The notes under the pieces are model-generated. The model saw only the letters and a list, made by a program, of their open reading frames with translations. It was not told the DNA's origin and searched no databases. This document shows positions 37,331-50,760 of a DNA stretch of 64,000 nucleotides, in pieces. The position numbers and the translations under genes are program-made. The number at the start of each line of letters is the position of its first letter. Position 1 is the first letter of the stretch. Source of the stretch: Glaucostegus cemiculus (taxonomy: Eukaryota); the NCBI GenBank assembly GCA_976551045.1, contig CDPCPM010000164.1:5766001-5830000 (forward strand), given 5' to 3'.

Positions 37331-37852
37331 ATTGGTAAAATTGGTTTATTATTGTCACATGTACTGAGGTACAGTGAAAAACTTCTCTTGTATACCATTC
37401 ATACAGATCAATTGATGACAGTGCATTGAGGCAGTACAAGGGAAAACAATAACAGAATGCAGAATAATTGTTAGTTACAGAGAAAGTGCAGTACAGGCAG
37501 ACAATAAAATGCAAGGTCATAATGAGGTAGATTGTGAGGTCAAGAGCCCATCTTATCATACTAGGGAACCATTCAATAGTCTTATAATACCAGGATAGAA
37601 GCTGTCCTTGAGCCTGGTGGTACGTGCTTTCAAGCTTTTGTATCTTCTGCCCAATGGGAGGGGGGAGAAGAGAGAATGTCCAGGGTAGGTGGGGTCTTTG
37701 ATTATGTTGGCTGCTTTACTGAGGCAGTGAAAAGTGTAGACAGAGTCCAAGGAGGGGAGGCTGGTTTCCATGATGTGATGAGCTGTGTTCACAACTCTCC
37801 ACAGTTTCATATATTCACAGGCAGAGCAGTTGCCATATAAAGCTGTGATGCA
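37331..37852 (-). mobile_element. Rex1/Babar LINE 3' end
   Basis: Minus ORF CITALYGNCS...LPSLDSVY...IIKDPTYPGHSLFSPLPLGRRYKSLKARTTRLKDSFYP, a typical Rex1 C-terminus. Confidence 0.9.
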
Positions 37853-39244
37853 TCTGTGACCCATGATCCATGATCCATGATGCTATTGGAACTCCATTCA
37901 TCCAGGCAAGTAGAGAGTATTCCACCAGGCAAATGGAGAGTATTCCATTGCATTCCTGATCTGTGTCTATTAGTTGATGGAAAGGCTTTGGATCACTTGC
38001 CACAGGATACTTAGATCTGCTCTGCTCTTGTAACTCATGTTGAAAAGAGGTGTCTAGTGGTGTCCTAGAAGGATCTGTGCTAGGGTGTTAGCTATTCACT
38101 ATATTTGTTTTACTTACTCAGATAACACAATAAAGTGCATTGTATCAAAGTATGCCGATGACATAAAGGTTGATGGGATAATAATTAGCGTAATAAAGAG
38201 CAGAAGGGAACACAGTTCACTTTAAATGAGAAATTGCATGCATATTTCTGTCTAATTACCTAAATAGGCTGGAATTATCTCATTTGTTTCAGTCCAGTGT
38301 ATTCTAAGGTAGAGCACAGCTGGTAAATTTCTTTCACTTCACATTGCAACACTACATAGAATTACAGACATATTTGACTACAAGCACGTTATATACTGTA
38401 TCTGCAGAGGTTCTATGATACATGTGTAGTTCTGTTGATCTGTAAGTGCTGCTAAGCTTGTCAATACGTGTCCTTGGGAATAGGCTAAACTGAGAGAAAC
38501 ATGCATCAGAATTTTGGCCATTACTAAGTGTACATTGGTTATTGGAGATTTCTGCAAATCTGAAATTAATGCTGGGACTATACAATAACACCTGAAGTAA
38601 AATATCTCTGTAAATTACTTCTTTGTGTAGTTAATGGTAAAAAAAAATCTAAGGGGTATTGATGGGCTTAAGAGAATAAAAAGGTTGTGGGACCATAAGG
38701 TAAAAAAGGAAAGGGTCAGTTGGACTAATGGGATAGTTTCCCCAGGAGCTGGCATGGACTTGATGAATTGAATGGCCTCCTTCAGTGTCTTTACACGTAT
38801 AAGAAAAGTTTCTGATTAATATTCTGTATCATCAGAACATTTTCTGATTTTATTTGTTCAACAGATAAGAATTTATATCTTTCAGTTTTTGTTGATTTGA
38901 GAATTTACATAATTTTTCTTGTACTTGCCTTTAGGTTGTCTGCTCTTGAACAACTCACACGTGTACTAATGCCTTTGACGTGGTAAAATGTCTCTTGATG
39001 CTTGATGATCATGAGATCAATGCTTAGCCAAATAAATCAAAACAGTCGCAGGTTAGGTTTTAAGTGGACTTCAAAGAAAATGGGGAAATGATGGAGAATT
39101 CTACACTTTCATGTGTTTTGTTGCTGCAAGGTTAAATACAAGTGTCCATCCCTAAGTGTCTTTGAGTGGTGATGGTAAGCCACCTTCCTGAACTATTGCA
39201 GTCCTTATTGTGAAAGTATACTCTTAGTAATATTAGGCAGCAAG

Positions 39245-39870
39245 TCATAGAGTGATATAGCACAGAAACAGTCTCTTCAGGCCCATCAGGGTCCTGCTGC
39301 CCATTGTACCTATTACAGGCAGGCATGGTAGTGTAGCGGTTAGTTTAATGCTATTACAGTGCCAGTGACCCAGGTTCAATTCCAGGCACTGTCTGTAAGG
39401 AGTTCGTACATTCTGCCCGTGTCTGTGTGGGTTTCCTTCGGGTGCTCTGGTTTCCTCCCACATTCCAAAAGACGTACAGGTTAGGAAGTTGTGGGCATGC
39501 TATGTTGGCACCGGAAGTGTGGCGACACTTGCGGGCTGTCCCCGGAACACTGTACACAAAAGATGCAGTTCACTGAGTTTTGATGTACATGTGACTAATA
39601 AAGATATCTTATCTTCCATTAATCCCACTTACCCACATTAGGTCCTTCTATGCCTAAACTGTTCAAGTACTAGTCTAGATGCTGCCTGCATGTTGTGAGA
39701 GTGTCTACCTCCATCATTTCCTCAGTCACTGCATTTCCAAACTCCCAACAACACTCCATGTGAAAAAATTCCCCCTCAGATCCCCAATGAACCTCTTAGA
39801 CACCCCCAACATGAGAAAAAGATTTTTACTATCTACCCTATTTATTCCTCTCATCATTTTATATAAGTAA
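39245..39870 (-). mobile_element. CR1 3' end interrupted by a V-SINE
   Basis: tcatagagtgatatagcacagaaacag... before the SINE and ...gtgaaaaaattccccctcagatcccc after it. Confidence 0.7.
39321..39615 (+). mobile_element. Full-length V-domain SINE with Rex1-like tail
   Basis: ggcatggtagtgtagcggttag (A box), ggttcaattcc (B box), gggtgctctggtttcctcccaca (V domain), gtgactaataaagatatcttatctt. Confidence 0.88.
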
Positions 39871-40029
39871 CACGATTTAGACCCAATGATGATTTAGCAA
39901 TGGAGATGTGTTTCTTTGTCAGGATGAAATGAGACCTATAGGGGAACTTAAAGTTGGTGGAGTTCCCATGTACCTACTGCCCTTGGCCTTGTAGACGATA
40001 GCGGTTGTGTTGGAGTTTGGCCAGTGTGG

Positions 40030-40420
40030 TTGTAATGACAAATTTTCAGATCATCTCATCTAATTAGCTTGTACGTAGAGAGAAGCAGCTCATTAAATTA
40101 CACTTCAGATCTCTACTCTGTGTAATTTAGTTTACATCAGTGGACCAGCACTAAAAGGTCAAAATGTCTCAGTGCATAATCTCCATTTCATTTCAGCTAA
40201 TGAGTAACAGTTATTAATAGCAACTGCTAAAATGTTTTCTTTTTTGAGTTTGTGACTACTCACCAGAAGTAACAGCTTATCAGGAATTTGGCTTTGTGAA
40301 AACAATTAAACCGACATATCTGAAGCAGGCTGCATGCTGTGCCGGCTGGTAGCCACGGCTCAGATTATCAGCGCTGACAGCCAAATATAAACTAGGCTGT
40401 GACAACCTAACGTAGACCTT
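40030..40420. promoter_or_regulatory. Enhancer-like block / possible conserved non-coding element
   Basis: TE-free; ctaattag, ctcattaaattac, aaaggtca, gctaatgag and tgacag motifs; motif inference only. Confidence 0.35.
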
Positions 40421-41711
40421 AAGCAGATCATCCAACTTTCTAATCAGAAGATTTCCTTTTAAATGAGGTCTAAATTCTTGGGACGCTCATATCTCCTTTT
40501 GCCTACGGAGCACTCATTAGAATAAGGCCTGGTATTTATGGCTTCTGTCTCTAAATAGCAAATTGGTTAATGATTTTTTTTAGAAACTGTGTCATGCCAA
40601 CATGACAGCCTGGCAATGTGATGTAGTTCAGTTTAGTGGGCAGGCGATAGAACTCTTGAGGGTCATTACACGTAAAAGTGCCATCTTCTATCAAGGTTGA
40701 TGCAGCTGCCTCGCACTGACATTGGGCCACAATGTTGGCTATCAGTGAGGTAAGTCGATACGTGGGATTTTAGCACTTGGAAGGTGGTTGTCCTTTGAAT
40801 GTTGGGCAAGATCTCAAAAGACAAGGGATTCCTTGCTTGTATTGAGGAGATAATAGAATAGTTTCAATAATTTTCCTGGGGGATCCTGCTTATCACAGCT
40901 CACTCAAGGTCAAACTGGAGTCAAAGTATGTATTCGAAGTGATGTTATCCAGCACAGCAGAATTTTTCAAACTTAAATGATGCCGCAATTCTTACTTTGA
41001 TCTAATTGAGATGCAGTTGAGACAGAATGTTATGAGTTTTTATTATGAATTGCTGGTAAAAATGAAATAGATTACTAAATGCAGCCAATCAAAAGCAACC
41101 ACATATATATTAAGTTAACTGTATCCAGCAACTTGGTTATATCTTACTTAGAATGCTGTACTCAGTTCTGGCCTCTACAGAGGCCTTTAAATGACATAGG
41201 GGTTCAACAGGATAAGCATTGAGAAGATATTTCCCTGTGCAATAGCCTAAAACTAGGGACAATAAGTGTAAGATTATCACAAGTACATCCATTAAAGCAT
41301 GTAAGAGAGCCTTCCATACACAGTTCCATACTAGAATGAGGAACTCACTGCCATATGGAACTGTTAAGGTATTTAGCTCAGGAACATTTAGAGGAAGTCT
41401 GACACCTGTGGCAACGTAATGGTGCTAGGATGAGAAGAAGCAAATTGGGTTGAAGTTCTTAGGACTTCAATCCAACTGGGCAGCTGTAAAATTTGTAATG
41501 CTTCCATGATCATTAATTTTTTTAGCCAATAACTTTAATGATCTTGTTGGATATCAAGATCAGATTTCAACAGAAGTTTGACTCCATGGGTTTCAAACAG
41601 GTTCTTGGTAGCTTTGTATGTAAAGAATTCTAGGTATCATAACTATGCACGTTCTTCTGAGGGCATAGCTGATACTTGTCTCTTGGGGAATTATAGGTGT
41701 GGACATATACA

Positions 41712-43985
41712 ACATAGAACAGTACACCATGTCTGCACTGACCATGATGCCAATCTAAACTAATCCCAACTGCCTGCACATGGTCCTCATCCCCTCATTT
41801 CCCTACCTGTTCATGTGTCTGTCTAAATGCTTTTGAAACATTGCTATCACATCTGTTTTTACCACCTCCCATAACAATGTGTTCCAGGCACCTACCACCC
41901 TCTGCATTTAAAAAAACTTGTCTCATAAATTTAAACTTTCCCCCTCTCATTTTCAACTTATGGCCTCCAGTATTTGACACTGAGAAAAAGATTCTGACCA
42001 TCTATCCTATCTATGCCTCTCATACTTTTATATGAATCATAGCGTCTTAGAGTTATGGAGTAATACAGCACAGATCCAGGCCCTCTGTCCCAACCAGTCC
42101 ATGCTGACCACAGTGTTCACCCAGCTAGTCCCAATTTCCTGCGTTTGGCACATGTCCCTCTAAGCCCCGCCCCTCCATGTACTGATACAAGTGCTTCTTA
42201 AATGATCCTATTGTACCTGCCTCTGCCACTTCCTCTGGCAGCTCATTCCATATAATCACCACCCTCTGTGTGGAAAAAGTTACCCCTCAGGTCCCTTTTA
42301 AATCTTGCCCCTTTCACTCCAAACCTATGCCCCCTAGTTTTGAATCCCCTTTCCTGGGGAAAAGACTGTTACTGTCCACCTTATCCATGCCCCTCAAAAT
42401 TTAAACATTCCTGGCTAATATCTCCCTATAACTCAGGCCCTCTAGTCCTGGCAATATCCTCGTAATTCTTTTCTGTACTCCTTGAAGTTTAACCACGTCT
42501 TTCCTGTAACAGGGTGACCAAAATTGTACACAGTACTCTAAGTGCGGCCTCACCAACGACTTATACAACTGCAACATAATGTCCCAACTCCTATACTCAA
42601 TGCCCCGACTGATAAGGCCATTGTGCTGAATGCCTTTTTCACCACCTGGCTACCTGTGATGCCATTTTCAATGAACTCTGCACTTGTACTCCAAGATCCC
42701 TAGATCCCTCTGTCCCATTATACTCCCTTAGTGTCCTGCCATCCATAGTATAAGTCCTATGCTGGTTTAACTTTCCAAAATGCATCACCTCACACTTTTC
42801 TGTACTGAAATCCATTTGCCAATCTTCGGCCCACTTCCCTAACTGATCAAGATCCCCCTGTGATCTATGATAACCTTCACTATCAACAACACCTCTTGTG
42901 TCATCTGTAAACTTACTGACCAAGCCTTGTGCATTTGCATCCAAATCATTTATATAAATAATGAATAACAGGGGTCACAGCACCGACCCCTATTGTGCAC
43001 CACCTGTCACTGGCCTCCATTCTAAGAAACAGCCTTCCCTCTGCTTTTATCTGGTCGCCCTCAGCCTCCGTGCTCCAGCGAGAACAGTCCTAGTCTGTCC
43101 AACCTCTTCTAATAGCTAATACTCTCCAATCCAGGCAACATTGTAGTGAACCTCTTTTGCACTTGTCTACAAAGCCTCCACATCCTTCCTATAATGTGGT
43201 GATCAGAACTGCACAGAATACTCCAAAAGTGGCCGAAGTAAAGTTTTATACAGCTGCAACATGATTTGCCAACTCTTATACACAGTTTATACACCTCTTT
43301 ATGCCTTCTTTATCACCCTATCCACTTGTGTTACCACTTATAGGGAGCTATAGACTTGCACCCCAAGAACCCTCCGTACATTAATGCTCCAAAGGGTCCT
43401 GCCATTTACTGTATATGTTTCTGTTGCATTTGACTTACCAAATGCATCTCTTCACACGTCCTGATTAAACTCTATCTGCTATTTCTTTGCTAATTCTTTG
43501 TTGATTTATATCCTGCTATATCCTAACCTTCCTCACTATCCACAATCCTACCAATTTTTGTCTCATCAGACCACCTACATTTTCATCTAAGTTATTTAAC
43601 TATATTACAAACAATAGAGGTTCTAGCATTGATCTTTACGGAACACCACTGGTCACAGACCCCCAATCAGAATAACACTCCTCCACCACAGCCCTCTGTT
43701 TTCTACAACCAAGCAAATTTTGAATCCAGCCAATCAAGTCACTGTGGATTCCATGTGATTTAATCTTCTGGATCTGCCTACCATGAGAAACCTTGTCTAA
43801 TGCTTTAGTAAAGTCCATGTCGACAACATCCACTGCCCAACCCTCATCAATCATTTTTGTTACCTCCTCGAAACACTTAATCAAGATTGTGAGACGTAAC
43901 CTCCCTTGCACAAAGGCATGCTGACTATCCCTAATAAGTCCACGCTTTTCCAAATGCAAGTAAATCCTCTAAGAATCTTCTCTCT
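41712..43985 (-). mobile_element. Nested CR1 LINEs: host at 41712-42032 plus 43045-43985, insert at ~42036-43040
   Basis: RT motifs SQHAFVQGR, VDVVDMDFTKALDKVSH, SVTSGVP, SKFTDDT; two separate 3' tails. Confidence 0.9.
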
Positions 43986-45826
43986 TCCACATCCTCCAAT
44001 ATTACCATTCTCTGTTGAGCTGGATACTCATTCACGTGGAAGGCATCTATAGAGCTCATTCAGTCATTGTGAGACACCTGATTGGTATTGTGGAAGTGAG
44101 CTTACATCTGACAAGCACTGGCCTGGTGTTCCCCAATGTTCATAGAGATGGGATTTGAAGGGCTTTAGTTATTGTGATTAATGCAAAAATCCTTATGCTG
44201 CCATAGCACCTGCTATTCATTGCCCTATCTCACAAGGGAGGTGATAAATCAAACTTCATTAATCCTACGCGTCCATGGCAATGCAAGCACATTGTGAAAT
44301 ATGATAATCATTGCATCTCTGAAGAAAATGTCTTTTAGCTGCCAGAATTGCATGCTGTCATCAAGTAGAAACGTTTCTGCTCATGCTCCAATTCAAAGCT
44401 TTTGCCATTGTTTTGATAATAATTGTAAATAGACAATGGCAGATTGGAAACCTATGTTCTAAAACCATGGCAGGTAATTTATCCATATTCTGAAACTCTG
44501 GTCTATCACTAGAATTTTTCTCAATAGAAAAGTCTAATCTGGTGGCACAATTAGATACAAAATTTGATTTCCATTGTATCTGAGCTTTATAAAAGTAGAG
44601 AATGATAAAATATGGTTTTTCCAATACGAGTGAATAAGTATTTCTGATTTCTCAGTTGATAGCTCTCCCATTTTTGATTCAGAAAATTGGGTGACGTAAG
44701 CACATGAGCTTGGTTAGGATTCCTTTACAGAGCTGAGGTGCTGCCATGTCATCAGAGCTGCCTTTCATTCAGATGTGAAGTTGAAACAGGATCTCATCTG
44801 CTGCCTCCAGCAGTGCAGATGGATGTTAGTGAATTGAAAAACATTAGGAGATTTAAGCTCCAGTTTATGTATCTGGAGTTAAAAAATAACAGCCAGTCCC
44901 ATTGTTTGGTTGGTATCGTGAACCATTCCCACTTACCCCTCCTCACCACTCTACCATCTCCACATCCACTCCTGATGCCTTTCACCCTGAGGAACAAAGG
45001 AACTTCAGGGTCTTGTATTGAAGATTCATTTCTGATCATTCATGGCATTTCAGGCAAGCAATCAAAGTTTCTAAACTAACTAATTATTTTCTAGAATAAT
45101 TTATTTCTGCCTACAATAAGTATCATCTCCTAATTTTGTTTTACCAAAATCTAACACCTTCATCTGTAAGCAGCCAGACTCCATTGCATTCCAGCCCTAC
45201 CACCTCATTGTGCCCACAGTTTTAACAATCTTTGGTTCTCCAGTATTTTTGAGATCTTGTGTGTATTAGTTAGACATCACTTTGAGAAATTTGTGAAAGA
45301 GGGGATAGTGCTGTGTAAGTATTTCTTTTTAATGTGAAGACTGCCAAGAAAGAGACAACTGTACTTGTAATAGGATATTCTTATTGAATGTCTATTCAGT
45401 CTTGAACATGGATGCAGGGAAATTAGCAGCCTTTTAAGCCAGTGAATTAATTTCCTACTTCTGTAACTTTCTCCTTCTTTCCTCTTTGCTCCATCCATCA
45501 TTGCCTGATAGGTTGTCATTGTGTTGAGTAGAGTTACGTAAGGCTCAGAAATTGCTCTCTGCTGTTTCTCACCATTAAAACAGCATTATGAGTCACACTA
45601 ACATTCTTTGTGAAATTTGCATAAACAGGGAGATCTTCAATTGCATAATTAATAGGTCGGAATTGTTGTGTTTCTCTGTGTGATGCCGCCCTGAAACTGA
45701 TGTTGGTTTCAGCACACTGTTCTGTATTGACGCTTGCAAATCTTTGCAGTTGTCATAATGTTCTACAGCAGGTGCAATATTTGCAGACAGCTCTTAAAGG
45801 GGATTACTACTATACAAACAGCACCC

Positions 45827-46061
45827 TGTAGCAGCCAGCAGGGTGCGACTTAAAAGAACACGAGGACACGGAGACTCGATCGAGCATGTTTTTAATAACT
45901 CACCAAAAGCCGCACATATCCTGAACTACAAAAAACATGGCCGGCGGAAGTGACGTCGTACTCCCGCCAGAAGTCCCGCCTTCCGGCACTATCGCAGGAA
46001 CTTGCGCGTTTCCCCGCGACGGCCGACGGCATTTCAGATCCCGATATCGTGAGTCGCTACA
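45827..46061 (-). mobile_element. Solo LTR (Gypsy-like), 235 bp
   Basis: TGTAGC...GCTACA termini, 4-bp TSD ACCC (45823-45826 / 46062-46065), ATTAAA on the minus strand, very CpG-rich. Confidence 0.85.
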
Positions 46062-46629
46062 ACCCTTTCGGCTACGCAGGAGTGTTGCTAATGAATGAAT
46101 GAATGAATGCTACAATGATGGGAGTGCACTCCCAGGGGCCAGGTGGACCTGTACAAGCTGGTGAAGGACAGTATCTACAAGAGGCATGTTCTTTGTGCAG
46201 GGTGGCCACAGAGACCCTCTAGAGCTGCAGCCAGTTGCTCCTACAGGAAGTTGCTAAGGAGTCTCTGCATTAACATGAGTGCAATAACTGAACACACTTG
46301 GGGAAGGACTGCAGTGCAGAAAACTGCTCATGCCCACTCTACTTGCTCCTCTGAAGGGACAGTAATTGAAGTCTCCTCTCTTTAAGAATGCAGTTTGGAT
46401 GACCTCCGGAGTGCAGTAGTGAGCTGCAAGCTGTGAGATATTACAGAGATCAGAAGCAGTAGCCAGGACTGACCTTAAGGCTAGTTAACCAACAGTGACC
46501 ATAATGCTGGCCACTAGAGGTAAAGCAGTTACGTTACGTATGTTAAGTTATATTTGACTGACAAATTCTGTCAATTATGAGGCTGTTAAGTGATGTAGAT
46601 ATTAGATCTGGTCCTGGATAAATTCTATG

Positions 46630-48250
46630 CTTCTGATCAATAACATCAAGTTTTGTTTGACAAACTTGATTTACCTTTGAAGAATGTGACTGATTCAGTA
46701 GATGTAAGACAGTAATTTATTTTGATTTTCAGTTGATGTTTGATGATGAGATTTGTGATAACAGAAATCAGACGTTTAAGAATTGCAAGGGAAATGTAGA
46801 TCTAAAAGTGGATAAACAGAGAGGAAGTAAAGTGTTGGGAGTTAATGGCCATCAGAGAGAGGTTGAATGGGATCAAACCTGGATGCAAAATTTGTATATG
46901 ACCAATAAGGAGGAGGATGTACAAGAGGTCAGAAGAATACAAACTGGTTTACAGAATGTGCAAAAGCAAAATATTCCAAATGATGGAAAATAGAGAATGC
47001 TGGAAAAAGCACGCAGGTCAGGTTGCATCTGTGCATGACTGAAACATTAGTTCTGTTCCTCCCTCCACAGGTGCTAACTGATCTGATGAGTATTTCCAGC
47101 GCTTAGTGTTCTATTACAGAATGGGCAGTCAGGTGGCAGTTGTAACTGCATGTGGGGAAGAGTGAACTATTGCTTTTTGGGAATAAAAGCAAAGGGTGAA
47201 AGTACAGTGTCAGTGGAAAAACGCAGAAGAGTACGGAGGAACTAAGAGATGGCAGGATGCCAATAGATAATTCTCTGAGTGCAAGTAGATAAAGCTAAAG
47301 CAGATAATAGTATTTTTAGTTTTAAGTAAGGAGGCAAGAATGTAACAGTTGTGAGTTAGTGATAAACATAAACTGAGTTTTGATACAAAACTCTGGTTAG
47401 ACCACACGTAGAGTACTGTGTTCAGTTCTGGTCACCGCATTATAGGAAAGATGTGGAGGCATTGGAGAGGGTGCAGAGGAGATTTACCAGGATGCTGCCT
47501 GGATTAAGGCATATGGAATATAAGGAGAGTCTTAAGGTGCTAAGGCTTTACTCATTGGAGAGGAGGAGGATGAGGGGAGACATGATAGAGCTGTATAAAA
47601 TATTGAGAGGAGTAGACAGCCGGCGCCTCTTTCCCAGGGCACCATTGCTCAAGACAAGAGGGCATGGCTTTAAGGTTATGGGTGGGATGTTCAGGGGAGA
47701 TGTCAGAGGGAGGTTTTTCGCCCAGAGAGTGGTTGGTGCATGGAATGTGCTGCCTGGGGTGGAGGTAGATACGTTGGACAGGTTTAAGAGATTGTTGGAT
47801 AGGCATATGGAGGAATGTGGGATAGCGGGATATGTGGGAGGAAGGGGTTGGATAGTGTGAGGTGTGGTTTGATGGACGGCACAACATGGTGGGCCGAAGG
47901 GCCTGTATTGCGCTGTATTGTTCTATGATTCTATGCAAGGCAATGGCTATTTTGCTAACTCACCGGATTTTGAAGGGACGTTAATGCCAATACATTTGGC
48001 ATGGTTTAATCAAAAATAAGGAAGCTGGCTTTCTTTATGAGGGAAAACTTATGGTGCTGGGCCAACTTCTATTAAAACAGGGAAAGGCAGGAGATTTCAA
48101 AGATGAGTTTTAAAAAGGGCAGCACATTAATAACGTAAACTGAGTAAGTTTATTTCCTTTGGTTGAAGAGTCAATGATGAGACACCTTCCTTTTTAAATT
48201 ATTAGGGTGGAGAAAAGATCTGAAAATTGATCTATGCCAGAGCGCTTTAC
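46630..48250 (+). mobile_element. Old, heavily decayed CR1 with nested pLTR fold-back (~46985-47120) and a young CR1
   Basis: tttgacaaacttgatt...gatttt...tttgatga (TNL..F / DF..FD remnants); gaatgggca..caggtggcagttg. Confidence 0.55.
47385..47935 (+). mobile_element. Young CR1 3' end, same subfamily as 26801-27397
   Basis: [17 protein letters not shown]...FFAQRVVGAWNVLP...RFKRLLDRHMEECG. Confidence 0.93.
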
Positions 48251-48889
48251 CATTGGGCAATCATGGTTGCAGGGATATCTGTGTCGTTTTGCACGTGTAA
48301 AGGCAGAGGGCTGTGGGGAGAGTGAAGAGAAGCAGTATTTGTTCTGCAGTCCTTGAGTAGAAAAGTTCCAGCGACTACATCTGAAATTTTATGGCTTTCG
48401 GTCAGTGCAGACATTGGTTTTGGCAAGTTGTTCAGGCAAACTGTCTTATGTTGTTGACAAGTAGGATCGACTCGCTGTCATTTAACATGCGAGTCCTACG
48501 AATGGTGCAATATGATGATCTCATCCCAAGTCTTTAAAAAGCTGTATATCATATTGACCTATCAGGTATCTTGTGCAGGAGTCCCAGCCTCTTGAAAATT
48601 CTAGAACAAAATGGTCTTGTGTTCAGGAAAGTTGCAACGTGTGCAAGTAGTATCAGTTTATACAGCCCAATTAAAGTGAAAACTTCATTACACTGTTGAA
48701 AGAGCTGATTTAAAATAAATGGAACAGGTTGTTGGCAGGCATGCATGGTTACAAGGTATTGAGCTTACCAAAGGGTTCTGATAATGTCATTACTCATAAG
48801 AGCAAAGCTGAAGAGCCATGTGGCATCTAAAGTACTAGATGTGATCAACCTTCTACAATTTCATCTGGGCATATACTTGATAGACTCAG

Positions 48890-49960
48890 TGATAGAATGA
48901 TAAAGCACAGAGAGGAGCCATTCAGTCCATTGTGCTAGATCCCCTTTCTTTAAAGAGCTATCAAATCAGTCCCTCTGCCCTGCACTTTTTCCAGAATGTG
49001 GTAAATTGTTCCCTTCAACCATTTATCCACCTTGAGACCTCCTGGTGAATCTGCTCCCACAATCTGTTCAGGCAGTGTATTCCAAGTCAAAACTTGCTTT
49101 GTAAGTTATTCTCTTCCTTTCATGCCCCTGTTTCAAAATTGCACTGAATCTGGGTCTTCTTGTTACCAAGCCTACTGCCCTGTTTAGATAGACTTATTCT
49201 AGCAGTATAACTTAGATGGCTCCATCAAATCTCTCATTAACCCGCTCTGCTCTGAGAACAATTCTAGCTTCTCCAGCCTCTGAACATAATTGATGTCCCA
49301 CAGTCAGGTTAACCTCCTCTACACTCTGTCCAATGCCTAGAGGCTAGTGCTGGCACTGGCCATAATACTCGGTGCTCCTTAAACATTTAGCATTCCATCC
49401 TTTGTGATTCTATTTATCGGACTAAAAATCCTACATAACAGTCTGGCACACACATGTCCTTCTATTCATGCTCCCCATTTAAAACTGTACCATTTAGTTT
49501 ATATTATCTCCCTTCATTTTTACAACCAAAACAAATCACTTACTCTCCTCTATATTAAAGTTCATGTGCCTGTTCTGCTAGTTCACATCTTCCCCATATC
49601 TGTGGCCAGCCTCTTCATCATTTGTTACTTTTCCAAATTTCATGTTGTCTGCAGACTTTGTGCATTCATGCCCAGTGCATTACCACAGAGAGGACAGTGA
49701 TCATAACGTCGATACCTGGAGGACAGCACTGCATACTCCTTTTCTCTTTGACATGCAGCAATTCAGTATGCTGGCGTTATTACTTGATTCCATTGGCACC
49801 AGTTTTGCTAACTAATCTATTACATGGCATTTTACCAAATGCTTTTTGGAACTCCATATACACAACACCAATCACATCATGTTCATCAGCCTCATCAAGG
49901 AACTTAATCAAGTTCCCTTTAATAGGTTCACGATGACCATTATCTAATGACCTGTATTCA
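48890..49960 (-). mobile_element. Old CR1 LINE, decayed
   Basis: Minus ORF NLIKFLDE...VVYMEFQKAFGKMPCNRLVSK; tail acagagaggagccattcagtcc. Confidence 0.7.
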
Positions 49961-50199
49961 TCTATATGCCAATAACCTCTCACTGATATTTATCTTGGGT
50001 CTGCCTGAACCACTTCACTCCTGACCTCATTATAACTGTTGTGGTGAGGTGTGATTGGTTGTCTTTCACAGTGAGGTGTCATGGTACCTAGGATCCTTTT
50101 AAACCTGAAGTCTGTGGATTAGAGGAAAACCTCTCCACTGGTTGGTGTCATATTTAGGATGAAGGAAGATGGTTATGGGAACCTTATCTATCATCTTAA

Positions 50200-50760
50200 A
50201 CATTCACTGTTCCACAGTGGCTCACATGAACTGCAATGTGTGCATCTACAAGAATCCCTGCAGCAACTCACCAAGGCTTCTTCTGCACCTATAATCTGTA
50301 TCACCAAGGAAGATCTGGGAATAGATATGATTCCTAGTTTCCCTTCAATTCATACGGTACCCTGGCTTGAAAAGAGAGCTCATAGATTCTTCACCAAAAC
50401 TGGCTCAATATCCTGGAGCCTCTCCCTTTATCACTGCTGTGGGAGTAGGTTTGCTACAGACTGTGGCAGTTCAAGAAGATTGTTTACCATGAATCTCTCA
50501 AGGATAGTTAGGGATGGATAATAAATGCTGAGCAAACATTGGAATCTCTCAGGCCAAGGAGCATCAATGGGAAGAAGAACAGAGAGGGCTTTTCAAGTCA
50601 TGAACCCTTCATCAGAAGTCCACAATAATGCTGCCTGACTTGCTCAATGCTTCCAGCATTTTATGTTTTATCTTGGGTTTGCAGCAGCTGCCGTTTTCTA
50701 TTACAGTTAATATGACAGTATATGCTGGCCTTGTTAGTAATGCCACCATGTTCTTGAATA
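50200..50760 (+). mobile_element. LINE family B 3' end with nested pLTR fragments (~50540-50700)
   Basis: ctgcagcaactcaccaaggct...aatatcctggagcct...ttagggatggataataaatgctg; cccttcatcagaa / tgctgcctgacttgct. Confidence 0.6.

Noticed and set aside
38935-38982. Apparent internal exon (ttag|g...tg|gtaaaa)
   Set aside because: It overlaps what looks like an antisense L2-type tail remnant, and the donor is weak
39321-39390. tRNA gene
   Set aside because: The A/B boxes belong to a SINE head followed by V domain and LINE tail; there is no cloverleaf or terminator
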